Part shown: positions 9,576 through 24,139 of the stretch, piece by piece
Numbering within the stretch: the first letter of the stretch is position 1
Layout: every line of letters begins with the position of its first letter
Assembly (NCBI GenBank): GCA_963740075.1
Contig: CAVUCP010000005.1
Span: 273,288 to 337,287, forward strand
Length of the DNA: 64,000 nt
From: an uncultured Solirubrobacteraceae bacterium
GTDB lineage: Bacteria > Actinomycetota > Thermoleophilia > Solirubrobacterales > Solirubrobacteraceae
Direction of reading: 5' to 3'
Translations under genes and position numbers: made by a program
The notes under the pieces: model-generated
The model's database searches: none
What the model was told of the DNA's origin: nothing
The model's input: the letters and a program-made list of their open reading frames with translations, nothing else

Positions 9576-10634
9576 CTACCCCGCGGCGGCCGCGGTGGGC
9601 TCGAGCGCGAGGGCCTGCTCGACGAGCTCGGTGACCTCGGGCCCCGCGCCGAGCTCCAGCGCCCGCCGAAGCGCCTGCAGCGAGCCCTCGCGGTCCATCA
9701 GCGCGAGGCGCAGCCGGCCCAGACGCTCCCACGCGCCGGCGTCCGACGGGCCGCGCACGGCGGCTCTCTCGGCGGCCTCGGCGGCGAGGTCGATCGCGCC
9801 TATGTCTTCATAGATCCTCGCTGCGAAGCGGTGCGCCGCGGGGCGGTTCGGGTCGACCCGCGCCCAGTCCCGCACCGCTCTGGCCGCCTCCTCGAGCTTG
9901 CCCGCCTGCCAGAACGCGAGCGTCATGAGCCGCAGGACCGCCACATTTCGGGGCTCCGCGTCGCGTGCGTAGATGAGCCGCTGTGCCGCGAGCATGTACT
10001 CCCCTTCCGCCATCGCACGCTGCGCCGCGATCATGAAGCGCTCCACGCGCTGCTCCGCCGGGTCCGGCTTTGAGAAGTCGACGAACTGCATGCTGCCCGC
10101 CGGCACGGTGCGTATCCCGTGGCTGAATTTGACACGGGCCCATTGCTGCACCTCCTCGCCGGCCTTCACCGCCTCCGAGGAGAAGTAGATGCCTGTCACG
10201 GTCCCGACGCCCCACTCCGGATAGGACACGCACCGCGCGTAGCGATGCACGACCGAATGGTCGGGCACCCTGCTGCCGAACGGGTCGTTCGCCGCACGGT
10301 CCTTGGCCTGCGCGCGTGCGCGCTCCTCTGCTTCGTATGCGCGCCTGCCGGCCTCCTCGCGCTCACGGCGCGCCGCGGCGGCGCTGACTTTCACGGCATT
10401 CTGCGAGACGCGCCCCCCACGCGAGCCCTCCGCGAGGCGCTCGAGCTGGTCGGCGGCCTCGTTGATCGCCTTCAGATGGCGCTCGTGCTCGAACTGCCTG
10501 CCGGCGGGCGCGACATCTGGGTGCCAGCGCTTGGCCATGCGCCGGCGTGCGAGCTGGACATCACGCTTGTCGAAAGGTGCCTCGAGCTCCAGCAGGAGCA
10601 GATGCTGCTCGACGTCGAGAACGGTGGTGGGCAT
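9576..10634 (-). CDS. J-domain protein with central Tudor/SH3-like domain and C-terminal TPR repeats
   Basis: N-terminal J-domain with KRWHPD and AINEA; central VSYPEWGVGTV...ARVKFSHGIRTV; TPR-like helices (GKLEEAARA...DPNRPAAH, GPSDAGAWERLG). Confidence 0.75.
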   Translation of the reverse strand: MPTTVLDVEQHLLLLELEAPFDKRDVQLARRRMAKRWHPDVAPAGRQFEHERHLKAINEAADQLERLAEGSRGGRVSQNAVKVSAAAARREREEAGRRAYEAEERARAQAKDRAANDPFGSRVPDHSVVHRYARCVSYPEWGVGTVTGIYFSSEAVKAGEEVQQWARVKFSHGIRTVPAGSMQFVDFSKPDPAEQRVERFMIAAQRAMAEGEYMLAAQRLIYARDAEPRNVAVLRLMTLAFWQAGKLEEAARAVRDWARVDPNRPAAHRFAARIYEDIGAIDLAAEAAERAAVRGPSDAGAWERLGRLRLALMDREGSLQALRRALELGAGPEVTELVEQALALEPTAAAAG

Positions 10635-10681
10635 CGCCTGACAACGTTAGCGACACGCGCGAGCGCCTATCCTGCGTGCGA

Positions 10682-12329
<1,648 letters not shown>

Positions 12330-12337
<8 letters not shown>

Positions 12338-13181
12338 GCCTCTGAGCGGCACCTTCGACCGCGACACGGGCGTGCAGTTGCTGGAGCACTCGCAGCAGGA
12401 GCTCGTGTTCGCAGGCGAGGTCGCCGACGGCTGGCGGGCCGGCCGCGGCCCGCACGGCGGGTATCTGGCGGCGATGATCCTCCGCGCCCTCGTGGGCAGC
12501 GTGAACGACCCGCTTCGCACACCCCGGTCCCTGACGATCCATTTCGTCAGGGCTCCCGTCCCGGGATCCGTCACCATCCGGACGGTGCTCGAGCGGGAGG
12601 GCCGCTCGGTCAGCACCCTCTCGGCTCGCATGGAGCAGGACGGGCGCCTGATGGCGCTCGCGCTGAGCGCGTTCTCGGTGCCGTGGAGCGGCCCGGCGAT
12701 CTCGGAGGTGCCGATGCCCGACGTCGCGCCGCCCGAGGCCACCCGCGAATCCGGGACGCTCATCAAGGACCACGGCGCCCCGCCGTTCGCGCGCCACATC
12801 ACGCTCCAGCGGCGGTTCGGCGGCCTGCCGTTCGCCGGTCCAGAGCAGCCGATGGAAACCGGGGGCTGGATCGGGCTCGCCGAGCCGCGGCCGATCGACT
12901 CGCTGTCGTTGGCGTTCTTCTGCGACGCGCTGGTGCCCGCGCCCTTCATGCGGATCGCCGAGCCCGCCCCGGCACCGACGATCGACCTGACGGTCCACTT
13001 CCGCCAGCCGATGCCGCGAAACCCCGAGCCGGACGCGGATGAGCTGTGCCTGGCGCGCGTCCGGAGCGGCGTCGTCCACGAGGGCCTGTTCGAGGAGGAC
13101 GTCGTGATCTGGGCCACCGACGGCACGGTCCTCGCGCAGTCCCGCCAGCTCGCCATCCTCATGCCCGCGCCCATCGGTTAG
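12330..13181 (+). CDS. Thioesterase family protein (TesB-like double hot-dog)
   Basis: GPHGGYLAA, REGRSVSTL, PTIDLTVHF, LAQSRQLA; GTG overlaps the 3' end of ettA. Confidence 0.82.
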
Positions 13182-13190
13182 GGTCACCGC

Positions 13191-13568
13191 ATGGCCAACT
13201 ACACCGCGAAGCACATCAAGGACATGGAGGCCGCGTTCGGCGGCGGATTCGTCAAGGCGCGCGCCGAGCTCGGAGTCAGCTCGTTCGGCATGCAGGTGAT
13301 CCGCATGCCACCGGACTACGCCGACTACCCCGAGCACGATCACGCACACGACTCACAGGAGGAGGTGTACGTCGCCCTGCAGGGATCCGGCTGGATCGAT
13401 GTCGCGGGCGAGCGCGTCGACCTCGATCCCGGTGTGCTCGTCAGAATCGACGCCGGCGCGAAGCGCAAGGTCTACTCGGGCCCGCAGGGCATCGAGATGC
13501 TGGTCATCGGCGGCTGCCCCGGCAAGGCCTACGAGGTCTCGGAGATGACCGAGCTCACCGAGGCCTGA
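13191..13568 (+). CDS. Cupin-domain protein
   Basis: ARAELGVSSFG, PEHDH...QEEVYVALQGSG cupin motif. Confidence 0.8.
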   Translation: MANYTAKHIKDMEAAFGGGFVKARAELGVSSFGMQVIRMPPDYADYPEHDHAHDSQEEVYVALQGSGWIDVAGERVDLDPGVLVRIDAGAKRKVYSGPQGIEMLVIGGCPGKAYEVSEMTELTEA

Positions 13569-13573
13569 GAGCC

Positions 13574-14682
13574 TCAGGCGCCGAGCGCGGTGCTGCGTTT
13601 CAGTCGCAGCGCTGCCGCCGCCACGAGCCTCGCGGTCGCGTGCACGTCGTCGAGCTGCACCATCTCGACCGGAGAGTGCATGTAGCGGATCGGGACCGAG
13701 ACGAGCGCGGTCGGGATGCCGCCGCGTGCGAGGTGGACAGCGTCGGCGTCGGTGCCGGTCGCGCGGCCGCTCGCCTCGATCGTGAAGGGGATCTTCTCCG
13801 CCTGCGCAGCGGAATGGATCACCTCGAAGAGCCTGGCGTCCAGCGTCGATCCCCGCGCGATCACAGGGCCCGAGCCGAGCTCGTGCTTCCCGGACCCCTT
13901 CACGTCGATCCCCGGCGCGTCGGTGGCGTGGGTCACGTCGATCACTATCGCCGCGTCGGGCTCGAGCGAGAACGCACTCGTGCGCGAGCCGCCGAACGTC
14001 GTCTCCTCCTGCACCGCCGCGACGGACGCGAGCTCCCAGGCTCCGCCGCCGGCCTTTGCCACCAGCCGCGCTGCCTCGAGCGCCACGAACGAGCCGAGAC
14101 GGTTGTCCAGGGCGCGGGAGGCGAGCCTTCCGTTGGGGAGAGCCAGCGGCTCGGCGTCGATCACCGCGACATCGCCGACCCGCACCATCTCGCGCGCCTG
14201 CTCCCCGTCGCGCGCGCCGATGTCGATGTGCATCTCGCGGATGTCGGCGACCTTCTTGCGCTCCTCGTCGCGCAGCAGGTGGACCGGCTTCTTGCCCACC
14301 ACACCCGGCACGGGGCCGGCCTGCGTCTCGATCACGACGCGCTGGCCGACGAGGATCTGCGCGTCCCAGCCACCGACTTCCCGGAACCACAGGTAGCCCT
14401 CGTCGTCGATGTGCACGACGACAAGGCCGATCTCGTCGATGTGGCCCATCACCATCAGGCGCCTTCGCGGTCCTCTGCCGCCGCGCGCGGGCGCAACCAG
14501 CGCCAGGGGCGTGCCGATCACGTCGGTGGAGACCTGCGCGAACTCCTTCGCTGCGTCCAGCCAGACACGTGTCGGGTCGCCCTCGTAGCCGGATGGGCCG
14601 CGTGCGCTGAGCAGGTCGAGCAGGACCTGCGGAGCGCGGCTGGACGGTTTGCGCCGCGACGGCGCTCGTCTGGGAGCCGGGC

Positions 14683-14686
<4 letters not shown>
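13574..14686 (-). CDS. M42 family metallopeptidase (TET-like aminopeptidase)
   Basis: [48 protein letters not shown]. Confidence 0.9.
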
Positions 14687-17523
<2,837 letters not shown>

Positions 17524-17624
17524 GGCATCTCCCGTGCGATCCACAGCTCAACAGTGACGCGACGCAGTCTCGCAGAGTCCCGGCCACGGCTCCCCGTCGA
17601 CGGGCACCGCGCACGGCCGGTCAG

Positions 17625-18656
17625 CTATGGAGCGGTGTCGAGCGCGCGCGTGACGCGCCCCTTGCCCTGCCGCTTGGCCCGCAGCAGAGCGGCGTCGCAC
17701 GCGTTCAGCAGTTCGTCGGTGCTCATGCCCTCCCGCCACTCCGCCACCCCGATCGACGCGGACACGCCTCGGCCGGCGACCCCGATCTGGCGCAGGCGCT
17801 CGAGCGCGCGCGAGGCGGCCGCGGCCGCGCTCTCCAGGCCCGCGTTCGGGAGGATCACCACGAACTCGTCGCCGCCGTATCTCGCGACGCGATCGAATTC
17901 CCGGAACTCGCCGACCAGCGCCTGCACGACGCCGCGGAGCATCGCATCGCCCGCCGGGTGGCCGTGCTCGTCGTTGACCTGCTTGAAGTTGTCGAGGTCG
18001 ATGATCAGGCATGAGAGCGGGCCGCCCGTGCGTCTGGCGCGTCCGATCTCCTCATCCAGGCGCCGGCGCATCGCGCGGTGGTTCATGCAGCCGGTGACGG
18101 CATCTGTGCCGGCTTCAGCGCGGGCCCTCACGAGGGCGAGCGCGGTGCCGGCCTGCTCAACGAGCGCGCCGGCGAGTGCCACGGACGCCGTCTCAAGCGG
18201 CTCGGCGCCGCGCTTTACGAGCACGACCACGGCCTCCGTTTTCCCCCGCTCGGCGAGCGGAAGCAGCAATGCGCTGCCCACGTCCCCGCCCTGGGCCAGG
18301 CGCGGAACGCTCGCCTCGAGCTCGTCCGCTTGCGAGGCGAGGAAGCGCCGGCCGGTGCCCGCGACCCAGCTGATCCCCGCAGGCCGCTCGGACCTCGGAC
18401 TCAGGTAGCTGATGCGCGCGCCGCCGTCGAACAGGTAGACCTCGACCAGCTCCTGCTCGCCTGCGGCGGCGAGATGGTGCACGTGCACCTCCTGCGCGCC
18501 CGAGGCCGCGAGCAGCTCGGACGCGAGAGCCTGGAAGATCGCGGCCCTCCCGGACGCCTCATCCGCCAGCGCGGTGAGTCGCCGGATCCCGGCCAGAAGC
18601 CCATCCACCCCCCGCACCGACGTCGAGGTATCCGTACCCGTAACGACATCCATCAC
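17625..18656 (-). CDS. Diguanylate cyclase (GAF-like + GGDEF)
   Basis: DAVTGCMN, IIDLDNFKQVNDEHGHPAGD, intact ARYGGDEF with REFD (RxxD I-site) upstream. Confidence 0.88.
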   Translation of the reverse strand: MMDVVTGTDTSTSVRGVDGLLAGIRRLTALADEASGRAAIFQALASELLAASGAQEVHVHHLAAAGEQELVEVYLFDGGARISYLSPRSERPAGISWVAGTGRRFLASQADELEASVPRLAQGGDVGSALLLPLAERGKTEAVVVLVKRGAEPLETASVALAGALVEQAGTALALVRARAEAGTDAVTGCMNHRAMRRRLDEEIGRARRTGGPLSCLIIDLDNFKQVNDEHGHPAGDAMLRGVVQALVGEFREFDRVARYGGDEFVVILPNAGLESAAAAASRALERLRQIGVAGRGVSASIGVAEWREGMSTDELLNACDAALLRAKRQGKGRVTRALDTAP

Positions 18657-18732
18657 ACCAATCTAGGGCATGGGCCCACCGCTGTCATGCCGGCCACGGA
18701 GCGGGCGCCATGCCCGCCCCGCGCCGCAGCGG

Positions 18733-21700
18733 CTAGCGGAACGTCGCGGTCGTGGTGCTGCTGGACCGCGAGCCCTTCCCGGTCGGCGTGAACGACACCT
18801 TGACCTTCACCTTGTAGGGACGTCGCCTGCTGCGCCCATAGCTCGAGAGCGAGACCCTGAGCGCGGTCGAGTTGCTCGCCGCGCCCAGCTTCCGCGAGGC
18901 GGAGACCAGGCCCGAACCGCTCGCCGTGATCCGGCCGGGGCCGAACGTCTTGACGGTGAGGTACTCGGTGCCGCCGATCACCTTCTGTCCCACGATCTGC
19001 ACTCCGCAGCCTTCGGGGACGATCTTCGTGGTCTGCTTGACGACCTTCCCGTTCTGGCCGGTGATGGTGGTCGGCATGACCAGCGTCGGGATGCACAGAC
19101 TGCCGTATGCCGCCAGCGCCGAATGCGGCCCCATGGGGAGGTTCAGCTGGAACGCGGAGATCGGCACGTCCGGGCTCGTCGCGAAGTTCGTCGTGGTTAT
19201 GCCTTTGACGATGTTGGTGTTGCCCACCAGGATGACCCTGATCCCGTTGTTGCCTTCAAGGACGAGGTCCAGGTCCGGGAATGCCGCTCCGCCGTGCGAG
19301 ACGAAGTAGGCGGGGCCTTTCATCGGGCCGGGAAGCGTCGGCGTGTAGGCGAGCGCGGTGCCGACATTGGACCCCGACGGACAGCTGTACGGGTTCGCTT
19401 CGAACGTCGCCTGCAGGCACGCTTTCTGCAGCGTCGACCCACGCGAGGGCAGCTGCTTCGGCAGCGTGACGAGCACCCCTTTGATGTTCGCCTGGCCCGC
19501 GGCCTCCTTGATCGTCGTCACGAGGCTCGCGCCGTTCTGTTTGGTCGGTTTTCCGCTCGTGGTCACCGCGAACGACGGCTTGAACGCGAGTGCGCTGCAG
19601 CCGGTGGGCTGGAACGCGAGCGGCGTGAGCTGCGTCCCGCCGAACGTTGACGTCAGGGTCGCAGCGATCGACGCGGGCGAGCAGTTCGTCGGGTTCAGCA
19701 TGAAGCCCTGCCGGTTGATCGACACCGTCAGAGCCTTCAGGCGCACCGGGATACCCGCGACGATGGTCTTGACCGGCGCGGTGATCGTCACCGCCGCGTT
19801 GTTCGGGTTGACGGTGATCGTCGCCCGTGTCACGACGGGCCCGAGGTTGAACGGGCCGGCGACCGCGGGCACGACAACCGACATCCCATAGGGGGCCCCG
19901 TTGTAAGGGCCGGTGAGATACACCGTGCCCTTGAACGGGTAGGGCGCTATCCCCGAGCCCGCTTCGACCGTCGCCGTGCCGATTTCACTTTCACTCGAGC
20001 ACGTTCCGGCGTTCGCCTGCGCTTCTTCGCACAGCTTCACGTCGGGGATGTCCGCGAGCAGGCCTGCGGGAAGCGTCGTCTTCACCTGTTCGACGTACTG
20101 TTCGCCGTCGTTGCGCGCAAGGCTGAACGTGAACGAGGAGTGCGCGGCTGCCGTCGTCGGCTGGACCTGTGCGCTCTGCGCCAGTGAGAACGGCGGTGCT
20201 GCTCCGCAGGCACCACCTTCGCCGTTGCTGTCCACGGTGAAGGGAGCGACGGCGGGGCTCACCGCGTTGCTGCCGGCGAACGGGATGAAGCTGGCAAGGG
20301 TTGTGGCCGGACCGCACGAGAGCGGGTTGGCGATCGGAGCGAGGGCACCGCCCTTGAAGTGCAGGATGAGTTCGGAGAACGGCTGTTCCGGGTTTTCCGT
20401 GAACGTCGTCGTCACCTGCCCGGTCAGCGGATTCGGCGTGACGGTTCCTTTGAGCCTGACCGACACCCCGTAGCGGGCGGACTCCGCGTCCACGTAGACC
20501 GTGTAGGGCGGACCGGTGATCGGGCCGGATTCCGGGCCACCCAGGTAGACGTTCCCGAGCAGGGACCCGTTGGGCAGGCCGGGCACGTTGAGCTGAACGG
20601 TTCCGATGTTGGAATCCGTGGGGCAGGCGACTCCGGGCGTCAGGCTGTTGATCCGGGCCTGGGCGGGGGTGCAGTCCCGCAGACCGTGCGCCGCCGACGG
20701 GTTCAGGGTCATGCCTTCGGGGAGCGTCACCGACGCGGTCCTGACCTGCGAGGAGTCGAGCCCTTCGGGGTCGGGGTTGTGGGGTGCGGAGGTGATCGTC
20801 GCGCTGACGCCGTCCGGCTGATCCTGCTGGGTGGTTTCCGGAGTGAGCGAGAAGGAGGGGGTGAACCCTTCGACGAGCGTGCCGCAGCCGCTGTTCCCGA
20901 TCGCCGTCGTGTAGGCGGCTTCGGCCTTTTCGCCTTCGTACGATTCCATGTGGATCCCGGTCGTGGTCTGCGGTCCGACGCCCGTGCAGCTGGTCGGGTT
21001 GGTGAGGAATCCGCCCACGCCGATGTTTCCTTTGAAGCTCAGACGGGATGCGAGCAGTCCGGGAGTGATGTTTTTGATGACGAAGTAGTCGTGGTAGTCG
21101 CTCGCCCATTCGACGTGGCCTTCGATGAACGTGTGGAAGTAGAGCGGGGCTTTGAAGATGCTTTCGGCGCTGAGCGCAACTCCGAAGTCGGACGTCAGCC
21201 CGGTCGTCGGATCAAGGTTGTAGACCTTTCCTTCCAGCGGGACGTCCGCATAGACCCCTTTTGCGACTTCAAGGACGGTTTCGACCTTGTTGATCCCGAT
21301 TTCGCTACCGGGGCAGTTGCTTTCCGTGAATGCTTCCACGCCCGGGATGGGTTCGACCTTTGTCCCGGTGAAGTCCGCGATCGAGCACTGGGGGACCGCC
21401 TGGGGGTTCGTCGAGACGCCGGGTGCGACGTCGGTGCGCAGGGTCTTCACGTTGCCGTTCGGCGCGTAGGCGGGGAAGGGAGAGGCCTGGATCTGGTGGC
21501 GGTCGAGCCGGAAGTCGGTGACGCCGAAGGGAGGGTGGCCGCCGGCCTGTGTGAAGCCTTCTTTTTCGGCGACTTCAACTTCTTTGGAGGGTTCGGCCGC
21601 CTTGTTGCAGTTCGGCGACGCTTTGTTGCAGTTGGCCGCATAGAAGCTTTCGATTCCAAACGGTTCTGCCTGCGCTGCCTGCGCCGACACCGCGAGAAGG

Positions 21701-21747
21701 ACTGCGAGCATCAGCCCAAACAGTGTGAAACGAACCCGTGATCCCAT
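18733..21747 (-). CDS. Large secreted protein (1004 aa) with four tandem Cys-containing beta-rich repeats
   Basis: AGGGGAAG RBS then MGSRVRF signal peptide (AQAAQA); four LP/AP-x-G...C..C-x-x-x-S-x-IG...NP-x-x-C type repeats; basic C-terminal domain. Confidence 0.8.
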   Translation of the reverse strand: MGSRVRFTLFGLMLAVLLAVSAQAAQAEPFGIESFYAANCNKASPNCNKAAEPSKEVEVAEKEGFTQAGGHPPFGVTDFRLDRHQIQASPFPAYAPNGNVKTLRTDVAPGVSTNPQAVPQCSIADFTGTKVEPIPGVEAFTESNCPGSEIGINKVETVLEVAKGVYADVPLEGKVYNLDPTTGLTSDFGVALSAESIFKAPLYFHTFIEGHVEWASDYHDYFVIKNITPGLLASRLSFKGNIGVGGFLTNPTSCTGVGPQTTTGIHMESYEGEKAEAAYTTAIGNSGCGTLVEGFTPSFSLTPETTQQDQPDGVSATITSAPHNPDPEGLDSSQVRTASVTLPEGMTLNPSAAHGLRDCTPAQARINSLTPGVACPTDSNIGTVQLNVPGLPNGSLLGNVYLGGPESGPITGPPYTVYVDAESARYGVSVRLKGTVTPNPLTGQVTTTFTENPEQPFSELILHFKGGALAPIANPLSCGPATTLASFIPFAGSNAVSPAVAPFTVDSNGEGGACGAAPPFSLAQSAQVQPTTAAAHSSFTFSLARNDGEQYVEQVKTTLPAGLLADIPDVKLCEEAQANAGTCSSESEIGTATVEAGSGIAPYPFKGTVYLTGPYNGAPYGMSVVVPAVAGPFNLGPVVTRATITVNPNNAAVTITAPVKTIVAGIPVRLKALTVSINRQGFMLNPTNCSPASIAATLTSTFGGTQLTPLAFQPTGCSALAFKPSFAVTTSGKPTKQNGASLVTTIKEAAGQANIKGVLVTLPKQLPSRGSTLQKACLQATFEANPYSCPSGSNVGTALAYTPTLPGPMKGPAYFVSHGGAAFPDLDLVLEGNNGIRVILVGNTNIVKGITTTNFATSPDVPISAFQLNLPMGPHSALAAYGSLCIPTLVMPTTITGQNGKVVKQTTKIVPEGCGVQIVGQKVIGGTEYLTVKTFGPGRITASGSGLVSASRKLGAASNSTALRVSLSSYGRSRRRPYKVKVKVSFTPTGKGSRSSSTTTATFR

Positions 21748-21908
21748 GACTTCCCCTTGTGTGGCGCCAGATGAAACTGCCGCTCTTTGTAACTCCACGC
21801 ACCCTCTACAGTTGCGAAACTCCCCTCCCGTTATTGCACACCCTGGTCGGATGTCCTGCAGAGAACTACTGGCTGGGGAGCCAGCCAGGATTCGGGACCC
21901 GGCTGACC

Positions 21909-21943
21909 ACCCTGTTGGCGTTACCGGTAGCCGCCGACAGGGT
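21909..21943 (-). terminator. Strong hairpin immediately downstream of the histidine kinase stop (probable terminator)
   Basis: ACCCTGTTGGCG...CGCCGACAGGGT arms enclosing TACCGGTA; no U-tract. Confidence 0.5.
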
Positions 21944-21946
21944 TGC

Positions 21947-23440
21947 TCAAGCGACCGCGTCGCGTGAGGCGCCGTGCTCCTCTGCGACGCCCTCCGGGTC
22001 CCCGAAGCTGACCCGCAGCAGCGCACCGCCACCGGGGGCGTTCTCTGCCTGCGCAGAGCCGCCGCAGGACTCGGCCGCCTGGCGCACGATCGCGAGCCCG
22101 AGGCCGGAGCCGGGGAGGCTGCGGGCCTCGTTCGCGCGGTAGAAGCGGTCGAAGACGTGCGGCAGGTCCTCCTCGGAGAAGCCGGACCCGTGGTCGCGGA
22201 CGATGAGGACGCCGTCCCTGAGCGAGATCTCGACGACGCCGCCCGGCGGGCTCCACTTGCGGGCGTTGTCGACGACATTGGAGACGGCGCGGCCGACACG
22301 CTCGGCGCGGCCCCTGACGATGGTGGGCGCCAGGTCCAGCTGGAAGTCCAGGTCGCTTCTTCTGCGTGCGCTCTGCACCGCGGCCTGGACGAGCTCGTCG
22401 AGCCTGATGTCTTCGGGGGCGATCTCGGGCTCCGCTCCGCGCGCGAGCTCGACGACGTCCCCCACGAGCGCCGTCAGCTCGTCGAGCTCGTCGACGATGT
22501 CACGGCGCAGGCTCTCCTGCTCACCGGGAGGAAGACGGTCCGCTTCGCCGAGGATCTGGATGTTGGCTCGCAGCGAGGAGATCGGCGTGCGCAGCTCGTG
22601 GCTGGCATCCGCGATCAGATGGCGCTGGGCGGCAACCGAGCGCTCGAGTGCATCGAGCGTCCCGTTGAAGCTCTCGGCGAGCCGCGCGAGCTCGTCGCGG
22701 CCCCTGACCTCGAGCCTGCGCGAGAGGTCCATGCGGCCCGTGAGGGTCTCGGTGCTCCGCGTGAAGCTGGCGATCGGGGCGAGCGCGGTGCGGGCGACGA
22801 CCAGTCCGAGCACACCCGCGAGCACGATCCCACCCGCCCCGATCAGCGCGAGGATCAGGAGGAGGTGGCTGAGCTCACGTTCGACCTCCGTCAGGGGCCT
22901 GGCGACGAGCACTGCGACGCCGGGGGCGGTGCCGAGCGTCAGGACCCTCAGCCTCGTCCCGTTGACCGTCCTGTCCGTCAGGGCGCTGCCGGAGCCCCGT
23001 GCGGCGATCGCCCTGTCCTGCGCGGTTGGCGAGATCTGCGCCGGCGCGGAACCCTGGCCGCCGGGGACGAAGACGTGGCCGTCGGAGCTCACGAACTGCA
23101 CGTAACCGGAGGCAGCCCCGAACGGCGCGGGCTGCACCGTGCCCGGCACCCGCGCGCCGGACTCGTTGCCGGGCCCGGCGCCGGGCGTTCCTCCCGCCGC
23201 CCCGAACTGCCCTGGACCCCCGAACGCCCCGCCGGAGTCGTCGTCTCCAGGCGCGGGGGCCGCCGGCTGACTTCCTGCGCCGGGAGCGAGCGCGAACGCG
23301 CTGGCACGTGATCGCAGCGCACTGTCGACTTCACCCCGCAGGTCCGAGCGGACGGCCTCGTACAGCCCCACCGCGGCCGCGATGACGGCCAGCGCCACGG
23401 AGAGGCTTGCAACGGCGGCGATCCTGGTCCGCAGGCTCAT
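21947..23440 (-). CDS. HAMP-domain sensor histidine kinase (MprB-like)
   Basis: Two TMs, HAMP (DELARLAESFN), H-box DASHELRTP, NVVDNARKWS, DHGSG, FDRFYR, GSGLGLAI. Confidence 0.93.
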   Translation of the reverse strand: MSLRTRIAAVASLSVALAVIAAAVGLYEAVRSDLRGEVDSALRSRASAFALAPGAGSQPAAPAPGDDDSGGAFGGPGQFGAAGGTPGAGPGNESGARVPGTVQPAPFGAASGYVQFVSSDGHVFVPGGQGSAPAQISPTAQDRAIAARGSGSALTDRTVNGTRLRVLTLGTAPGVAVLVARPLTEVERELSHLLLILALIGAGGIVLAGVLGLVVARTALAPIASFTRSTETLTGRMDLSRRLEVRGRDELARLAESFNGTLDALERSVAAQRHLIADASHELRTPISSLRANIQILGEADRLPPGEQESLRRDIVDELDELTALVGDVVELARGAEPEIAPEDIRLDELVQAAVQSARRRSDLDFQLDLAPTIVRGRAERVGRAVSNVVDNARKWSPPGGVVEISLRDGVLIVRDHGSGFSEEDLPHVFDRFYRANEARSLPGSGLGLAIVRQAAESCGGSAQAENAPGGGALLRVSFGDPEGVAEEHGASRDAVA

Positions 23441-23453
23441 CTGCGTCCCGCCG

Positions 23454-24128
23454 TCACGGCTCCCGCAGTGCGTAGCCGACGCCGCGGACCGTGTGGATCA
23501 GCTCGCGCGCACCCGCCGCCTCGAGCTTGCGCCGCAGGTAGCCGACATAGACCCGCAGTGAGTTGGAGGCCGGGCCGAAGTCATAGCCCCAGACGCGGTC
23601 GTAGATCAGACTGTGCGAGAGCACCCTTCGAGGGTTCAGCATGAGCAGCTCCAGCAGCTGGTACTCGGTCCGCGTCAGCTCGACGAAGTTCTCGCCGACC
23701 TGTGCGCCGTGGCGCTCCTGGTCGAGTCGGACCTCGGCGAAGGAGAGCGCTTCGACCTCGGCGTCGGGGTTGGCCCGGCGCAGCAGCGCGCGAAGACGGG
23801 CCTTCAGCTCACCGACGTCGAACGGCTTGACCATGTAGTCGTCCGCCCCTGCGTCCAGTCCGTCGATCCTGTCGCTGACGGCGTCGCGGGCGGTCAGTAT
23901 CAGGATCGGGACCCTGTTGCCCAGGCGTCGCGCACGCGCGCACACCTCGAGCCCGTCGATGCCCGGAAGGCCCACGTCGAGCACGACCGCGTCCGGGACG
24001 ACCCGGGCCAACTGCTCGAGTGCCTCCTCGCCGTCCTGCGCCGTCTCGACGTCGTAGCCCGCCAGCGTCAGCGTTCGCCGGAGCGCTTCGCGCACCGCCC
24101 GGTCATCGTCGACGACGAGAATCCTCAC
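23454..24128 (-). CDS. OmpR-family response regulator (MprA-like)
   Basis: ILVVDDD, VLDVGLP, LTARD, KPF, winged helix NSLRVYVGYLRRKLE...TVRGVGY. Confidence 0.93.
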   Translation of the reverse strand: MRILVVDDDRAVREALRRTLTLAGYDVETAQDGEEALEQLARVVPDAVVLDVGLPGIDGLEVCARARRLGNRVPILILTARDAVSDRIDGLDAGADDYMVKPFDVGELKARLRALLRRANPDAEVEALSFAEVRLDQERHGAQVGENFVELTRTEYQLLELLMLNPRRVLSHSLIYDRVWGYDFGPASNSLRVYVGYLRRKLEAAGARELIHTVRGVGYALREP

Positions 24129-24139
24129 GGGGTGGATTG

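Noticed and set aside
21748-22299. N-terminal extension of the large secreted protein
   Set aside because: It overlaps the kinase and a hairpin region; the RBS and signal peptide begin at 21747.
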